From Eledone cirrhosa (lineage: Eukaryota): a DNA stretch of 64,000 bases. The stretch covers positions 63,736,001-63,800,000 of the forward strand of contig OZ024740.1 of assembly GCA_964016885.1 (NCBI GenBank). Reading direction: 5' to 3'. Every line of letters starts with the position of its first letter. The stretch's first letter is position 1. The notes below the pieces were generated by a model, which was not told where the DNA came from, did not search any database, and was given only the letters and a program-made list of their open reading frames with translations. Positions 11,392 to 24,700 of this stretch are shown here, one piece after another. Both the position numbers and the translations under genes were made by a program.

Positions 11392-14300
11392 ATGAAGATG
11401 TCGCATCTCAGAGTTGCCACACTTAATGTGGTAGATCTGGTGAGATAGTGGAGATGCTGGAGAGAAGGCATGTGGATGTGTGCAAGAGGTGAGATGGAGA
11501 GGTGCCTTTGCAAGACTAATCGCAGGCAAACATCTTAGTTACAAGCTTTTCTGGGTGGGTAATGATAGGTTAGGTGGGGTAGGCATTTTACTGGCTGAAA
11601 GATGGATCGATAAGACAATAGAGGTAGTTAGAGTTAGTAACAGAATAATTAAGCTTAGATTAGTTGTAGGCAAGAGACTGCTGACAATCATCTCTGCCTA
11701 TGCTCCTCAGGCAGGCCTAGGTAAAAAAAAAGAAAGACTGCTTTTACGAGCAACTTTTAGAAACAGCCACAATGACAGAGGACAGAGACATCATTATGCT
11801 AGCAGGGGACTTCAATGGTTATGTTGGACAGCTCCCCGATGGATACACTGGGGTACATGGTGGGTACGGTTATGGCTCAAGAAATGAAGAAGGAGTGAGG
11901 CTTCTTGAATTTTGTGATGCAAGTGTACTAACCATTTGCAACACTAACTTCAAGAAACCTACCAACCACCTAATAACCTACAAATCAGGCGAGCACATAA
12001 GCCAGATTGACTTCTTGCTAATTAGGTAGCGAGACAGACAGATGGTGTCAAATACTAAGGCATACCCCAGGGAAGAATGTACCCCACAGCATAGGTTAGT
12101 TGTTAGTGACATTGCAGTAAGCAAGAGACAAAATGAGACATACAGGAAGGTGTGGAAAAGAAAGGTCTGGTAGCTAAAAGACCTTTCACTAAAATATAAA
12201 TTTAGGAAAGCCCTTCAAGAGTGTATGACGAAAAAGATGATTTAGAGTCGTATGACATAGATGATAACTGGAATTTCTTACGTGACAACTTACTGCAGGC
12301 TACTGAAGAAACTTGTGGTTGAGGCAGAGCTCCAACCAGACAGAGAATGACCTGGTGATGGAACAGCACGGTAGATTGGGCCATTAGAGACAAAAGACTA
12401 GCATGGAACGCTTGGAAAAATGGGAGTAAAGACAGATACACAGCCGCTAAGAGAGAAGCTATATGTCAGGTGTACTTAGCACGCAGGGAGGCTGAGAGTA
12501 GGAGGCTTGCCAATGTTCTGCGACGGGATGATCAGAGACGTGCGGTGTTCCGCATTGCAAGGCAGTGTGTCAGTGTAAATCAGGATGTTGTTGGAGATAA
12601 GTGTCCGGAATGATGCTGGTGTACTTAGTGTCATGAATGATCAGAAAAAGGAGGCCTGGAAATGTCATTATGAGAGACTGATGAATGTGGAGAACGAATG
12701 GGAGATAGAGAAATTACTCCTAGTAGACCCGACAGAGGGACCAGCTATTGAGATAGATGAATATAGGGTCCAAGAGGCAATTAAGGAAATGAAAAATGAT
12801 AAGGCCGCTGGATTGTCGGCGATAGTTGCTGAGATGATGAAGGCTTCAGAAGAAGTAGGCACTAAACAGGTTGCACGCATCATCAATCAAGCTATATATG
12901 GCGGTGTCATACCCAAAGACTGGTGCAGCAGTATTCTCATAAATTGCTACAAAGGTAAAGAGGATGCTCTGGAGAGGAGCAATTATAGGGGCATAAAGCT
13001 GATGGATCAGGTTATGAAAGTGGCAGGGAGAATATTAGCGCAACTAATTAGAGAAAGGGTCAAATTAGATGAGATGCAGTTTGGTTTTGTGCCTGGGAAA
13101 AGTACAACAGATGCCCTCTTCTTAGTGAGACAACTACAAGAGAGGTTCTTAGAGAAGAATAAGCCACTATACTTAGCTTTTGTTAACCTAGAGAAGGCCT
13201 TTGATAGGTACCCCGATCTGTCATCTGGTGGTCCCTAAGGAAACTAGGTGTTGAGGAATGGCTTGTGAGGACAGTGCAAGCTATGTACAGAGGTGCTGTC
13301 AGTAAAGTGAGAGTAGGAATGGAGTTTAGTGAGGAATTCCAGATACAAGTAGGAGTACATCAGGGTTTGGTCCTCAGCCCACTCTTGTTCATTATAGTCC
13401 TCTAAGCCATAACAGAGGAGTTTAAGACTGGCTGCCCATGGGAACTTCTCTATGCTGATGATCTAGTTCTTATAGCAGAATTAGTAGAGGAGCTAGAGAA
13501 TAAATTGTGGCTATGGAAACAGCAGTTGGAATCAAGAGGAATGTGAGAGAACATAGCTAAGACAAAAGTGTTGATAAGTAGAAAAGAAGACAAAACTCTG
13601 ATTCCATCAGGGAAATGGCCATGTTCGATATGTAGCAAAGGAACTGGCATAAATTCTATAAAATGTACACAATGCAGATCTTGGGTACACAATAAATGTA
13701 GTGGGATAGCAGAAAAATTAACAGGTAGGGAAAACTACGTATGCAGTAGATATACAGGGAAGTTTGACAGTAGTAATCACAGTGATAGACACATTTTTCA
13801 AATGCAGGTGGGTTCTATAGAAGTGGTTGATAGCTTCCGGTACCTGGGTGATCAGATGAGCAGGAGAGGAAGGTGTTCCAAGGCCATAGTATCTAGAATA
13901 AGGACGGGTTGGAAGAAGTTTAGGAAGCTGCTTCCTCTGTTGACAAAGAAGGGTTTCTCCCTGCGTACAAAAGGCCGGTTATATGATGCCTGTGTGAGAT
14001 GTACGATGCTGCATGGTAGTGAGACATGGGCAGCAACTACAGAGGATATGCGATGGCTGGAGAGAAATGAAGCAAGCACGATCTGTTGGATGCAATGTCA
14101 ATGTACATGAATGACCAAGCATAGATGAGTTGAGAGAGAAACTGTGTGTAAGAAGGATAAATTGTGGTGTGCGGGAGAGAAGACTGAGATGGTATGGACA
14201 TGTGATGTGCATGGAGGATGACTGCTGGGTAAAGAAGTGCCAAGAAATGCCAGTAGAAGGAAGACGCAGTAAAGGAAGACCATGAAAATCATGGCCGGAG

Positions 14301-14440
14301 GTGATGTGAGCAGACCTCAGATCGCTGAAGCTCACGGAGGAGATGATGGACTGACAAGTGGAGAGATGCTGTGCTGAATAGGACTTGTCCCACCCTTGCA
14401 AGCAGGGAAAAGCAGACGTAAAATGATGATGATGATGATG
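11392..14440 (+). mobile_element. Near full-ORF decayed RTE LINE, antisense to U2AF2
   Basis: EN (LRVATLNV, GDFNG), RT (YADD at ~13451) and PHD remnants with many stops and frameshifts; (TGA)n tail at 14423-14440. Confidence 0.93.
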
Positions 14441-15099
14441 AAATGCTTATTAATATTAGTTAATACAATAAGACCTTATGTCTATGTTAGAAACCAATAT
14501 CAGTTAATATTAACTACCATCACTGAAACATGTAAAAAAAGTACTCTTGGGTCCCAAATAGGCAGGGAGGATAAGCAGGGAGTTGGAATAAGCAGGGAAT
14601 GGTTGGAAAATCAGTAATTTTTTTAGGTTATCTCCATTGATTTTTTTTAAAACCAGAATTAGTCATTTAGTTTATGTATTGAGACCCCCAACCCATCCTA
14701 CTTTATAACGTATGGGATTTCTGTCATGTTTAATGTTTTTTTAATGTATAAAGAAAATTCATTGTCACAGGAATGCTACCACTTATAGATTAGCAAAATT
14801 TAATAAGTGGGAGAAAGGGGGGTGGGCATTATTTGAGACCTGCGAGAAGTGTTAATATTAGTTAACTATGAGTGAAATGTTAGTGGTGGAAGGGGAGACA
14901 ATGCTGTCTATTATCCCACCCCAACAAAAAGGAAAAAAAACTATGACCTTGAGGTGATGGTCACAAACCAATATTAGTCAATATTATTTTCAGTAAGTTT
15001 GTGCCAGATATTTCATAGTTAAACTATAGAAACACTGATATCAATTTATAAAAATTATACAATTATTGTGTAATATATAGTTTGTATAACTTTTCAGAC

Positions 15100-17883
15100 T
15101 GGAAAATAAAAAACGTGACAATCACCTGATCACCTATAGATCGGGGGAACACACAAGCCAGGTAGATTATATCCTTACCAGAAGACGTGACAGAGTGTCG
15201 GTTGTAAACACTAAATCCCTCCCCCATGAAGAATGCACCTCCCAACATAGACTGATAATTAACGACCTAATAGTCAGGACGAGACGTATTAGACAACAGA
15301 AGAGGACTATCCTCAGGAGAAAAATATGGAAGTTAAAGGACCCCACAGCCGGAAATAAATTTAAAAGCATACTACTTGATGCTTTCGACAGTAAGGAAGA
15401 GCAATTAGAGTCGTACAATATAGAGGAGCAGTGGGAATTCCTGAAAGCAAACCTGCTGATGGCGGCAGACGAAGTCTGTGGCTGGAGCAGGCCTGTAGGC
15501 AGGAGGAGAGTAACATGGTGGTGGAACAGTAAGGTGGATGGGGGAAGTAGAGAAGACTATCAAGTGGCCAGGAGGGAAGCTAGGAGACAAGTGTACTTCG
15601 CAAGAAGGGAAGCAGAGGAAAGAAAGTTCAAGCATGTTCTATAACGCGAGGACCAAAAACGTGAGGTGTTCAGGATTGCTAGGCAATGTGTCAAGGAAAA
15701 CCGTGATATTGTCGGGGAGAAGTGTGTACTTAATGATGACAGCGTACTTGCCATCACCGACGCTGATAAGAAGGTAGCTTGGAAGTGTCACTATGAAAGG
15801 CTACTAAATGAGGAGAATAAATGGGAGAAAGACAGTCTCCCCCACATCGACCCAATAGAGGGACCAGCAGTGTTAGTCGAGGATAGTATAATAAGTAAGG
15901 CAATCAAAGATATGAAGACGGGTAAGGCGGCAGGGCCTTTGGAAATAGTTGCCGAGATGCTGAAGGCATCTGGTACGGTGGGACACACCATGGTCACCCG
16001 GATAGTTAACCAAGTCGTACAGATGGGGTTGTTCCGAAGGACTGGCGTAGCAGCATCATCGTCAACTGTTATAAGGGTAAAGGAGATGCCCTAGATAGGA
16101 GTAACTATAGAGGCATTAAATTAATCGACCAGGTCATGAAGGTCACGGAAAAAGTAATAGCGCAACTAATCAGAGAGCGAATTGATCTAGATGAAATGCA
16201 GTTCGGGTTTGTGTCAGGCAAAAGTACCACAGACGCTCTTTTCATTGTACGACAACTACAGGAGAAGTACCTAGCTAAAAGTAAACCCCTATACTTAGCT
16301 TTTGTCGACTTGGAGAAAGCCTTCGACAGAGTCCCCCGTTCCATTATCTGGTGGGCTCTTAGAAAACTAGGTGTTGACGAATGGCTTGTGAGAGCTATAC
16401 AAGCCATGTATAAAGAAACAGTCAGCAAGGTTAGAATTAACAACGAATATAGTGAAGAGTTTAGCGTAAAAGTTGGCGTCCATCAGGGCTCTGTTCTCAG
16501 GCTATAACAGAGGAGTTCAAGACCGGCTGCCCATGGGAACTCCTATACGCAGATGACCTAACACTCATAGCTGAATCAATGGCCGAGCTAGAGAAGAAAT
16601 TCCAAACATGGAAGCACGCCCTAGAATCAAAAGGCCTTAAAATTAACCTGGCTAAGACTAAAGTTCTAGTTTGTAAGAAAGAAAATAAGGCGGCGGTCCC
16701 TTCCGGGAAGTGGCCATGCTCAGTGTGTAGAAAAGGAGTAGGTAGAAACTCCATTTTATGTCCCAAATGCAAAGTATGGGTGCATAAAAGATGTAGTGTG
16801 ATCACAGGTAAGCTAACTAAGAACATAGATTTTATATATGGCCGGTGCTCTGGTGCAATAAGTAGCAGCAAGTGCCCACAAAATACTAGCTCATTCCATT
16901 GCACAGATGGTTCTATAGAAATAGTGGACACCTTCCGTTACCTGGGTGACAAAATCAGCAGTGGGGGAGGGTGCTCTGAAAGTACAGTAGCTAGAGTCAG
17001 AACTGGATGGAAAAAGTTCAGAGAGCTTAAACCACTATTAGCCGCTAAAGGGTTCTCCCTAAAAATGAAAGACAGGTTGTATGATGCCTGCATACGAACA
17101 GCAATGTTGCATGGCAGTGAGACCTGGGCATTGTGTGCAGAGGATATACGCAGACTAGAGAGGAACGAAGCTTGCATGCTCCGCTGGATGTGTAATAGTA
17201 ATATACGTGAACGGCAAAGCATAAACGAACTAAGGAAAAAATTAGAAATAAGAGGGATCAGATGTTGTTTACTCGAGAGAAGGCTACGTTGGTATGGTCA
17301 CGTGATGCGCATGAAAGACGATAGCTGTATAACAAAGTGCAGGGCAATAAAGATAGACGGTAGCCACGGAATAGGCAGACCCAGAAAAACCTGGGACGAG
17401 CTGATAAATTCCGACCTCACACACTTACACCTCTCCAAGACAATGTCACTGGACCGAGACCTTTGGCGGTACTCAGTAATAGAGAAGACCCGCCTTACCT
17501 AAATACAAAGTAAAACCTACTACAGTCAGTAGGCATCTCTAACAAAATACACCCCCGTCCCACCACCCCCACCCTATCCACACCGCCCCTTTCAATGTAA
17601 AGTTATGTTGGTGCCACAACATCCAGGCCGAAACAAATGAGATCGTGTAGGTGTCACGACAAAAAAACACACAGTCCACGCTGTAATGTGGCCGTGTAGG
17701 CAACACGGTAAAAACCTCCCAGCCCCACACTGTAAATGTGGTTGGTGTTAGGAAGGGCATCCAGCTGTAGAAAACCCGCCAGACAGTCCTATGCGAGCAA
17801 GACAATCACTCTTGCCTCAAGTGGGAAAACCCCCGTCCAAACCCATGCAAGCGTGGAACACGGACGTTAAACGTTTATGATGA
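15100..17883 (+). mobile_element. 5'-truncated RTE LINE, third subfamily
   Basis: ORFs 15195..15644, 15666..16094, 16136..16507 and 16579..17502; RT, PHD and 3' UTR (same UTR as 50323-50740). Confidence 0.93.
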
Positions 17884-17929
17884 ATTTAGGTAACTATTTC
17901 ACACAACAAAGATACTATCAAAATCATCC

Positions 17930-18270
17930 TCATCATCATATTTTTACATCTGCTTCCTATGCTAGCATGGGTTAGGGTTAGGGTTAGTCAATCAATTTTT
18001 ATTCAGAGCTACTACCCTCAGAGGGCCACATCTTGCATGACTTTCAATATTTTATATGGTTTTTATGGTTGAATGCCCTTCCTAACCCTAGCCACTTTAC
18101 AGAGTATACTGAGTGCAATTACTATGACAACAGCACATGAGAGTTTGTGAACTTAGCAGGACTATAGAGTTCTCTAAAGCCTATATAGTCTCCACTCATT
18201 TGCCACCTACTTTACAGAGTGTACTGGGAGAAATGTATCATGATACTGTTGCCTTGTACCTCACAAGACT
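17930..18270 (-). mobile_element. Decayed RTE-tail/SINE copy
   Basis: (TGA)n, ctatgctagcatggg, gcccttcctaac and actttacagag motifs. Confidence 0.6.
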
Positions 18271-19101
18271 AATGAATACTCATTACTCTACATTGTCTCC
18301 ATTCAATATATTACAATTACTGTCACAGAAACTAACAACACTATGTCATATATGTACTACATATATCAATTGTACGTGGTGGCTGCACTGTTGGACTTTG
18401 ATCATAGGTCTGTTTAATCAATACTGACCTGGGCAAAACAACAACATAAACCCACACTGAGAGAGTCTGCAAAGGTCATAGGCACTGCCACTTGCACTAA
18501 TGTAAGTATCTTATACAAAGAAACTTGAGCTCCTTTCTGGGGTTCTTATAGATAATTTTCTGTACCTTTCATACAAATCTGGGTGCTCTGATGGTAGTAG
18601 GACTCTTAGCAAGTGCTATATATATATTTAAGGGTAAACCAGAGAAACAGGCAACTGGATCAGTCTAAATGCACTAGGCATCACACAGTAGGATAAAACC
18701 CCAAACTTCTTTAACCACACACCCATGCCTGCATCTACGGTGAAATAATGAAAACAGAAATAATCTCTATAATTATAGAAGCATGAGACAAAAAGAAAAC
18801 CCAAATCTCCAGTATTTACATAGATACAACACAACATACAATATGAGTAAAAGGAAGCCAGTGATGTTCTGTGTCAGGAACAAATTTTACAGACAGTTCA
18901 GTTGGTGAAGTAAATGTTATGTAGTGAAGGAAGAAAAGAGTCTAACATTTTGGAAAGAATGTTGAAACGTCAAGTGGTATTGATAGATAAATATATTAAG
19001 ATTAATGGGAGAAGAGAGGCAGTAAAGGGTGGAGGAGGGAAATATAACATGTTACCATAAAGGGTCAAGTGCCAGGAAGCAAAGAAACTAAAAGGTACTT
19101 A

Positions 19102-19419
<318 letters not shown>

Positions 19420-19837
19420 TTAGAGAGGTGGTTGTAAGCTATACACAAATCTGGGCCCATAGGAAGTTTCAAGGCTTAGGCCTACCAGCATAGGAATTTC
19501 AAAAAAATTCACTGATTCCTGCTCATCTATGAATTTTTCAAGGTTATAGTTGAGAGCTTTGTTTGCAAGGTGAACAGCCATTTTCACAGATGCCATGTAC
19601 TTTGACCTGCATTGGGTTGTATAGGAATAACAAGATCAGGCTTCCAATTAGCTTTCTTCAGATAGGAATTCAGAGTGATACAGGTACTAAAATATCTGAA
19701 ATACACCAGATAAATGACTCTAATGTGTTTAATGCAGGGATAGATAAGAGGACTGGGTAGAAGTAGAAGGTAATAGGGGCAAGTGAGCAAGCAGAGCAGT
19801 AACAATATTCATTTGGGTCTTATTATACTCATATATA

Positions 19838-20136
19838 GGTGGTGAATTGGCAGTTGTTAGAATGTCAGATAGAATGCTTTATGGTATAAGTTCAAATCTT
19901 GCCAACGTCAACTTTGCCTTTCATCCTTTCAAGGTCGATAGAAAAGTCCAGTCTAGTACTGGGGTCGATTATTCCTCTAGATCTCTTTCTCATTTCCTCT
20001 CTCTCACTTTCTATCTTTCTTTGGAAGAAATCTGCTGTAATCAGGCCCAGAGAGGGATGGGCTCCGCCAGGATTAAAATACTCAAGAAACGCTGCATGTC
20101 AATATGACGTCCCTACGACTATCAGGAGTTACGGGA
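19838..20136 (+). mobile_element. tRNA-derived SINE, copy 2
   Basis: tggtgaattgg A box, gttcaaatc B box, central cctttcatcctttcaaggtcgata domain, ends ggagttacgggac. Confidence 0.78.
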
Positions 20137-20157
20137 CCATACCATACACATATATTG

Positions 20158-20521
20158 AGAGATAATTATGAAAAATATTTTGAAAACATTCTTGTTAAAT
20201 TTCCACTGCTGTTAAAGTGAAGAGGAAAGGGCTGATGAGTATTGTAAGGAAGAATAAAAGAGATGAGAGGAGGAAATAGCAAAAAGGAACAAGAAAAGAC
20301 AAAGAAAGTTTAACATGAAATAATATCTGACTTTCATGTAAAAGTGGGGTTTTCTAGTTGTTTAATAATTGTTGTTTTTGAAGTAACAGCATTTCACAAA
20401 TATCTCTGATCCGATGTTTGAATAGAGATTTTCATCATGAATATTTTGGAAGATTTTCTTTTTCTCAGCAGAGAAGTGAAAATTTGACAAAAATATTTTT
20501 CAAAATAGTTATAATTTTCTA
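20158..20521. mobile_element. Old AT-rich MITE-like element with ~65-bp degenerate TIRs
   Basis: ataattatgaaaaatattttgaaaacattcttgttaaatttccactgctg pairs with cagcagagaagtgaaaatttgacaaaaatatttttcaaaatagtttataatt. Confidence 0.55.
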
Positions 20522-21099
20522 GTATATGATGATAAACATGAATGTTAACTATAAAACCCAGGGTAAACTACATGTCTCCTCATATTGTTTTATAAATACA
20601 AATACACTACTCTCCACCTGAGTATCAAGTGTTAAATATTTTTTATATATTGGTGTTATATATCATCATCATTTAATATCTATTTTCCACTGATGGATTG
20701 ATTCATTTTTCTTTTTGTTGATCATCAAACCACATTGAGCTTGATTGAAATTTTGTTGGCGTAACTTTCTTCACCTGAACTTTTTACTCCTGTTCGTTTA
20801 ACATCCATTCATCATGCTTGGGTTAGATAGGCCGTCATATTATGAGGTCAGACAGATCCAATGGCTACATCTTTGGCTTGGTTTTCTATGGCTGGATACC
20901 CTTCTTAAAGCCAATTCCTTTCATAGTTTCATTCTACCAACTTTATGGTAGATAACACTTGTGCAAAGTGCAGTACAGTGGAACTGAATCTGGTACCATG
21001 TGTTTGCAAAGCAAACACCTTAACTACACTGTCAATATTGATGTGAAGATGTTTCTGATCACTGTAGTTGTCTATTTAATGTTTCCTTGCACTACAATC

Positions 21100-21530
21100 C
21101 TGTTGTTGTTGCTTCAATTAATGTAGTTGTGATGATTACTTGAATAGAAGTTGCTGTGGTTTTCCTAATTGAAGTTGTTGTGGTGGTGGTTGCCACAACA
21201 GAAGTTGTAATTGTGGTGGAGGTGGCTGCCACAACAGAAGTTTTGTTGCCTCAATAACAATTGTAATTGTTGTTACTCTTGTTGAGGTTACCACAATAGA
21301 AGTTGTTGCTGTTGTGGTTGCCACAAAAGATGTAGTTACCACAATAGAGATTGTTGCTGATGTAGTTGCCACAACAGAGGTTGTTGTTGTTTCCACAAGA
21401 AGCTGTTGTTACTGCTATTGTTGCCACAATAGGCAGTTTTTTGTATTGATGCAAGTGTAGAAGTTGTTGTTGCTAAGCGCTAGAATAGAAGTTGTAGTTT
21501 CCTCAATAGGCATCTGTTGTTACCTCAATA
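21100..21530. repeat. Degenerate (GTT)n/ccacaa-rich low-complexity minisatellite
   Basis: Recurring gttgccacaa(c/t)agaagttgt units. Confidence 0.7.
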
Positions 21531-21768
21531 TAAATTGAACATTGCAATCCAAGCTAAAGTACCTGAATGGTTCAACTCAGATTCACTTGGGATTTAATAC
21601 TTCCGTTGAGAATTTGTTCATGAGGACTGTGCCAGGATCAAACATGGTAGAACAATTTGTGTTCCACAGACATGCCTACAACTAGTTATCTTAAATACTT
21701 TAGGCCAAGTAAATAAAAACAGACAGGCCCATCAAATAAGAATATGTTACTTTCCATGAAGGGAAACC

Positions 21769-24700
21769 ACATCTTTCAGTTAACAGCTATGATACTGTGT
21801 CATCTTTCAGTTGACAGCTATGACACACTGTGACATCTTTCAGTTGACAGCTATGACACACTGTGACATCTTTCGGTTGACAGCTATGACACACTGTGTG
21901 ACATCTTTCAGTTGACAGCTATGACACTGTGTCATCTTTCGGTTGACAGCTATGACACAGTGACATCTTTCAGTTGACAGCCATGACACTCTGACATCTT
22001 TCAGTTGACAGCCATGACACTGTCATCTTTCAGTTGACAGCCATGACACTCTGACATCTTTCAGTTAACAACTATGACACACTGTGATATCTTTCAGTTG
22101 ACAAACATGACACAGTGACATCTTTCAGTTGACAAATATGATACAGTGACATCTTTCAGTTGACAGCATGACACAGTGACATCTATCATATCAGTTGACA
22201 GCCATGACACAGAGACAGCTATCAGTTAACAGCCATGACACTGTGTCATCTTTCAGTTGACAGCCATGACACTGTGTCATCTTTCAGTTGACGGCCATGA
22301 CACTGTGACATCTTTCAGTTGATAGCTATGACACAGTGACATCTTTCAGTTAACAGCCATGACACTGTGTCATCTTTCAGTTAACAGACATGACACAGTG
22401 ACATCTTTCAGTTGACAGTCATGACACTGTGACATCTTTCAGTTGACAGCCATGACACAGTGACATCTTTCAGTTGACAGCCATGACACTGTGACATCTT
22501 TCAGTTAACAGCCATGACACAGTGACATCTTTCAGTTGACAGCCATGACACAGTGACATCTTTCAGTTGACAGCCATGACACAGTGACATCTTTCAGTTG
22601 ACAGCCATGACACTGTGACATCTTTCAGTTAACAGCCATGACACAGTGACATCTTTCAGTTAACAGCCATGACACTGTGTCATCTTTCAGTTAACAGACA
22701 TGACACAGTGACATCTTTCAGTTGACAGCCATGATACTGTGTCATCTTTCAGTTGACAGCCATGACACAGTGATATCTATCAGTTGACAGCTATGACACT
22801 GTGACATCTTTCAGTTCACAGCCATGACACAGTGACATCTATCAGTTGACAGCCATGACACTGTGACATCTTTCAGTTAACAGCTATGACACACTGACAT
22901 CTTCAGTTAACAGCTATGACACAGTGACATCTTTCAGTTAAAAGCTATGACACAGTGACATCTTTCAGTTAACAGCTATGACACAGTGACATCTTTCAGT
23001 TGACAGCCATGACACTGTGACATCTTTCAGTTAACAGCCATGACACTGTGTCATCTTTCAGTTGACAGCCATGACACTGTCATCTTTCAGTTGACAGCCA
23101 TAACACTGTGTCATCTTTCAGTTAACAGACATGACACAGTGACATCTTTCAGTGGACAGCCATGACACAATGACATCTTTCAGTTGACAGCTATGACACA
23201 GTGACATCTTTCAGTTAACAGCTATGACACAGTGACATCTTTCAGTTGACAGCTATGACACTGTGTCATCTTTCAGTTAACAGCTATGACACAGTGACAT
23301 CTTTCAGTTAACAGCTATGACACAATGACATCTTTCAGTTAACAGCTATGACACAGTGACATCTTTCAGTTAACAGCTATGACACAGTGACATCTTTCAG
23401 TTGACAGCCATGACACTGTGACATCTTTCAGTTAACAGCTATGACACTGTGTCATCTTTCAGTTGACAGCCATGACACTGTCATCTTTCAGTTGACAGCC
23501 ATGACACTGTGTCATCTTTCAGTTAACAGACATGACACAGTGACATCTTTCAGTGGACAGCCATGACACAGTGACATCTTTCAGTTAACAGCTATGACAG
23601 TGACATCTTTCAGTTGACAGCCATGTCACAGTGACATCTTTCAGTTAACAGCTATGACACTGTGTCATCTTTCAGTTGACAGCCATGACACTGTGTCATC
23701 TTTCAGTTGACAGCCATGACACGGTGATATCTATCAGTTGACAGCTATGACACTGTGACATCTTTCAGTTCACAGCCATGACACAGTGACATCTATCAGT
23801 TGACAGCCATGACACTGTGACATCTTTCAGTTAACAGCTATGACACACTGACATCTTCAGTTAACAGCTATGACACAGTGACATCTTTTAGTTAACAGCT
23901 ATGACACAGTGACATCTTTCAGTTAACAGCTATGACACAGTGACATCTTTCAGTTGACAGCCATGACACTGTGACATCTTTCAGTTAACAGCCATGACAC
24001 TGTGTCATCTTTCAGTTGACAGCCATGACACTGTCATCTTTCAGTTGACAGCCATGACACAGTGACATCTTTCAGTGGACAGCCATGACACAATGACATC
24101 TTTCAGTTAACAGCTATGACACAGTGACATCTTTCAGTTGACAGCTATGACACTGTGTCATCTTTCAGTTAACAGCTATGACACAGTGACATCTTTCAGT
24201 TGACAGCTATGACACTGTGTCATCTTTCAGTTAACAGCTATGACACAATGACATCTTTCAGTTAACAGCTATGACACAGTGACATCTTTCAGTTAACAGC
24301 TATGACACAGTGACATCTTTCAGTTGACAGCCATGACACTGTGTCATCTTTCAGTTAACAGACATGACACAGTGACATCGTTCAGTGGACAGACATGACA
24401 GTGACATCTTTCAGTTGACAGCCATGACACAGTGACATCTTTCAGTTAACAGCTATGTCACAGTGACATCTTTCAGTTCACAGCTATGACACAGTGACAT
24501 CTTCAGTTAACAGCCATGACACAGTGACATCTTTCAGTTAACAGCCATGACACTGTGTCATCTTTCAGTTAACAGACATGACACAGTGACATCTTTCAGT
24601 TGACAGTCATGACACTGTGACATCTTTCAGTTGACAGCCATGACACAGTGACATCTTTCAGTTGACAGCCATGACACTGTGACATCTTTCAGTTAACAGC

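Noticed and set aside
17968-17987. Interstitial telomere (gggtta)3
   Set aside because: Short slippage expansion of the gggttag motif in the RTE tail.
21136-21454. Thr-rich mucin-like ORF
   Set aside because: Low-complexity (GTT)n sequence with no convincing splice context or domain.
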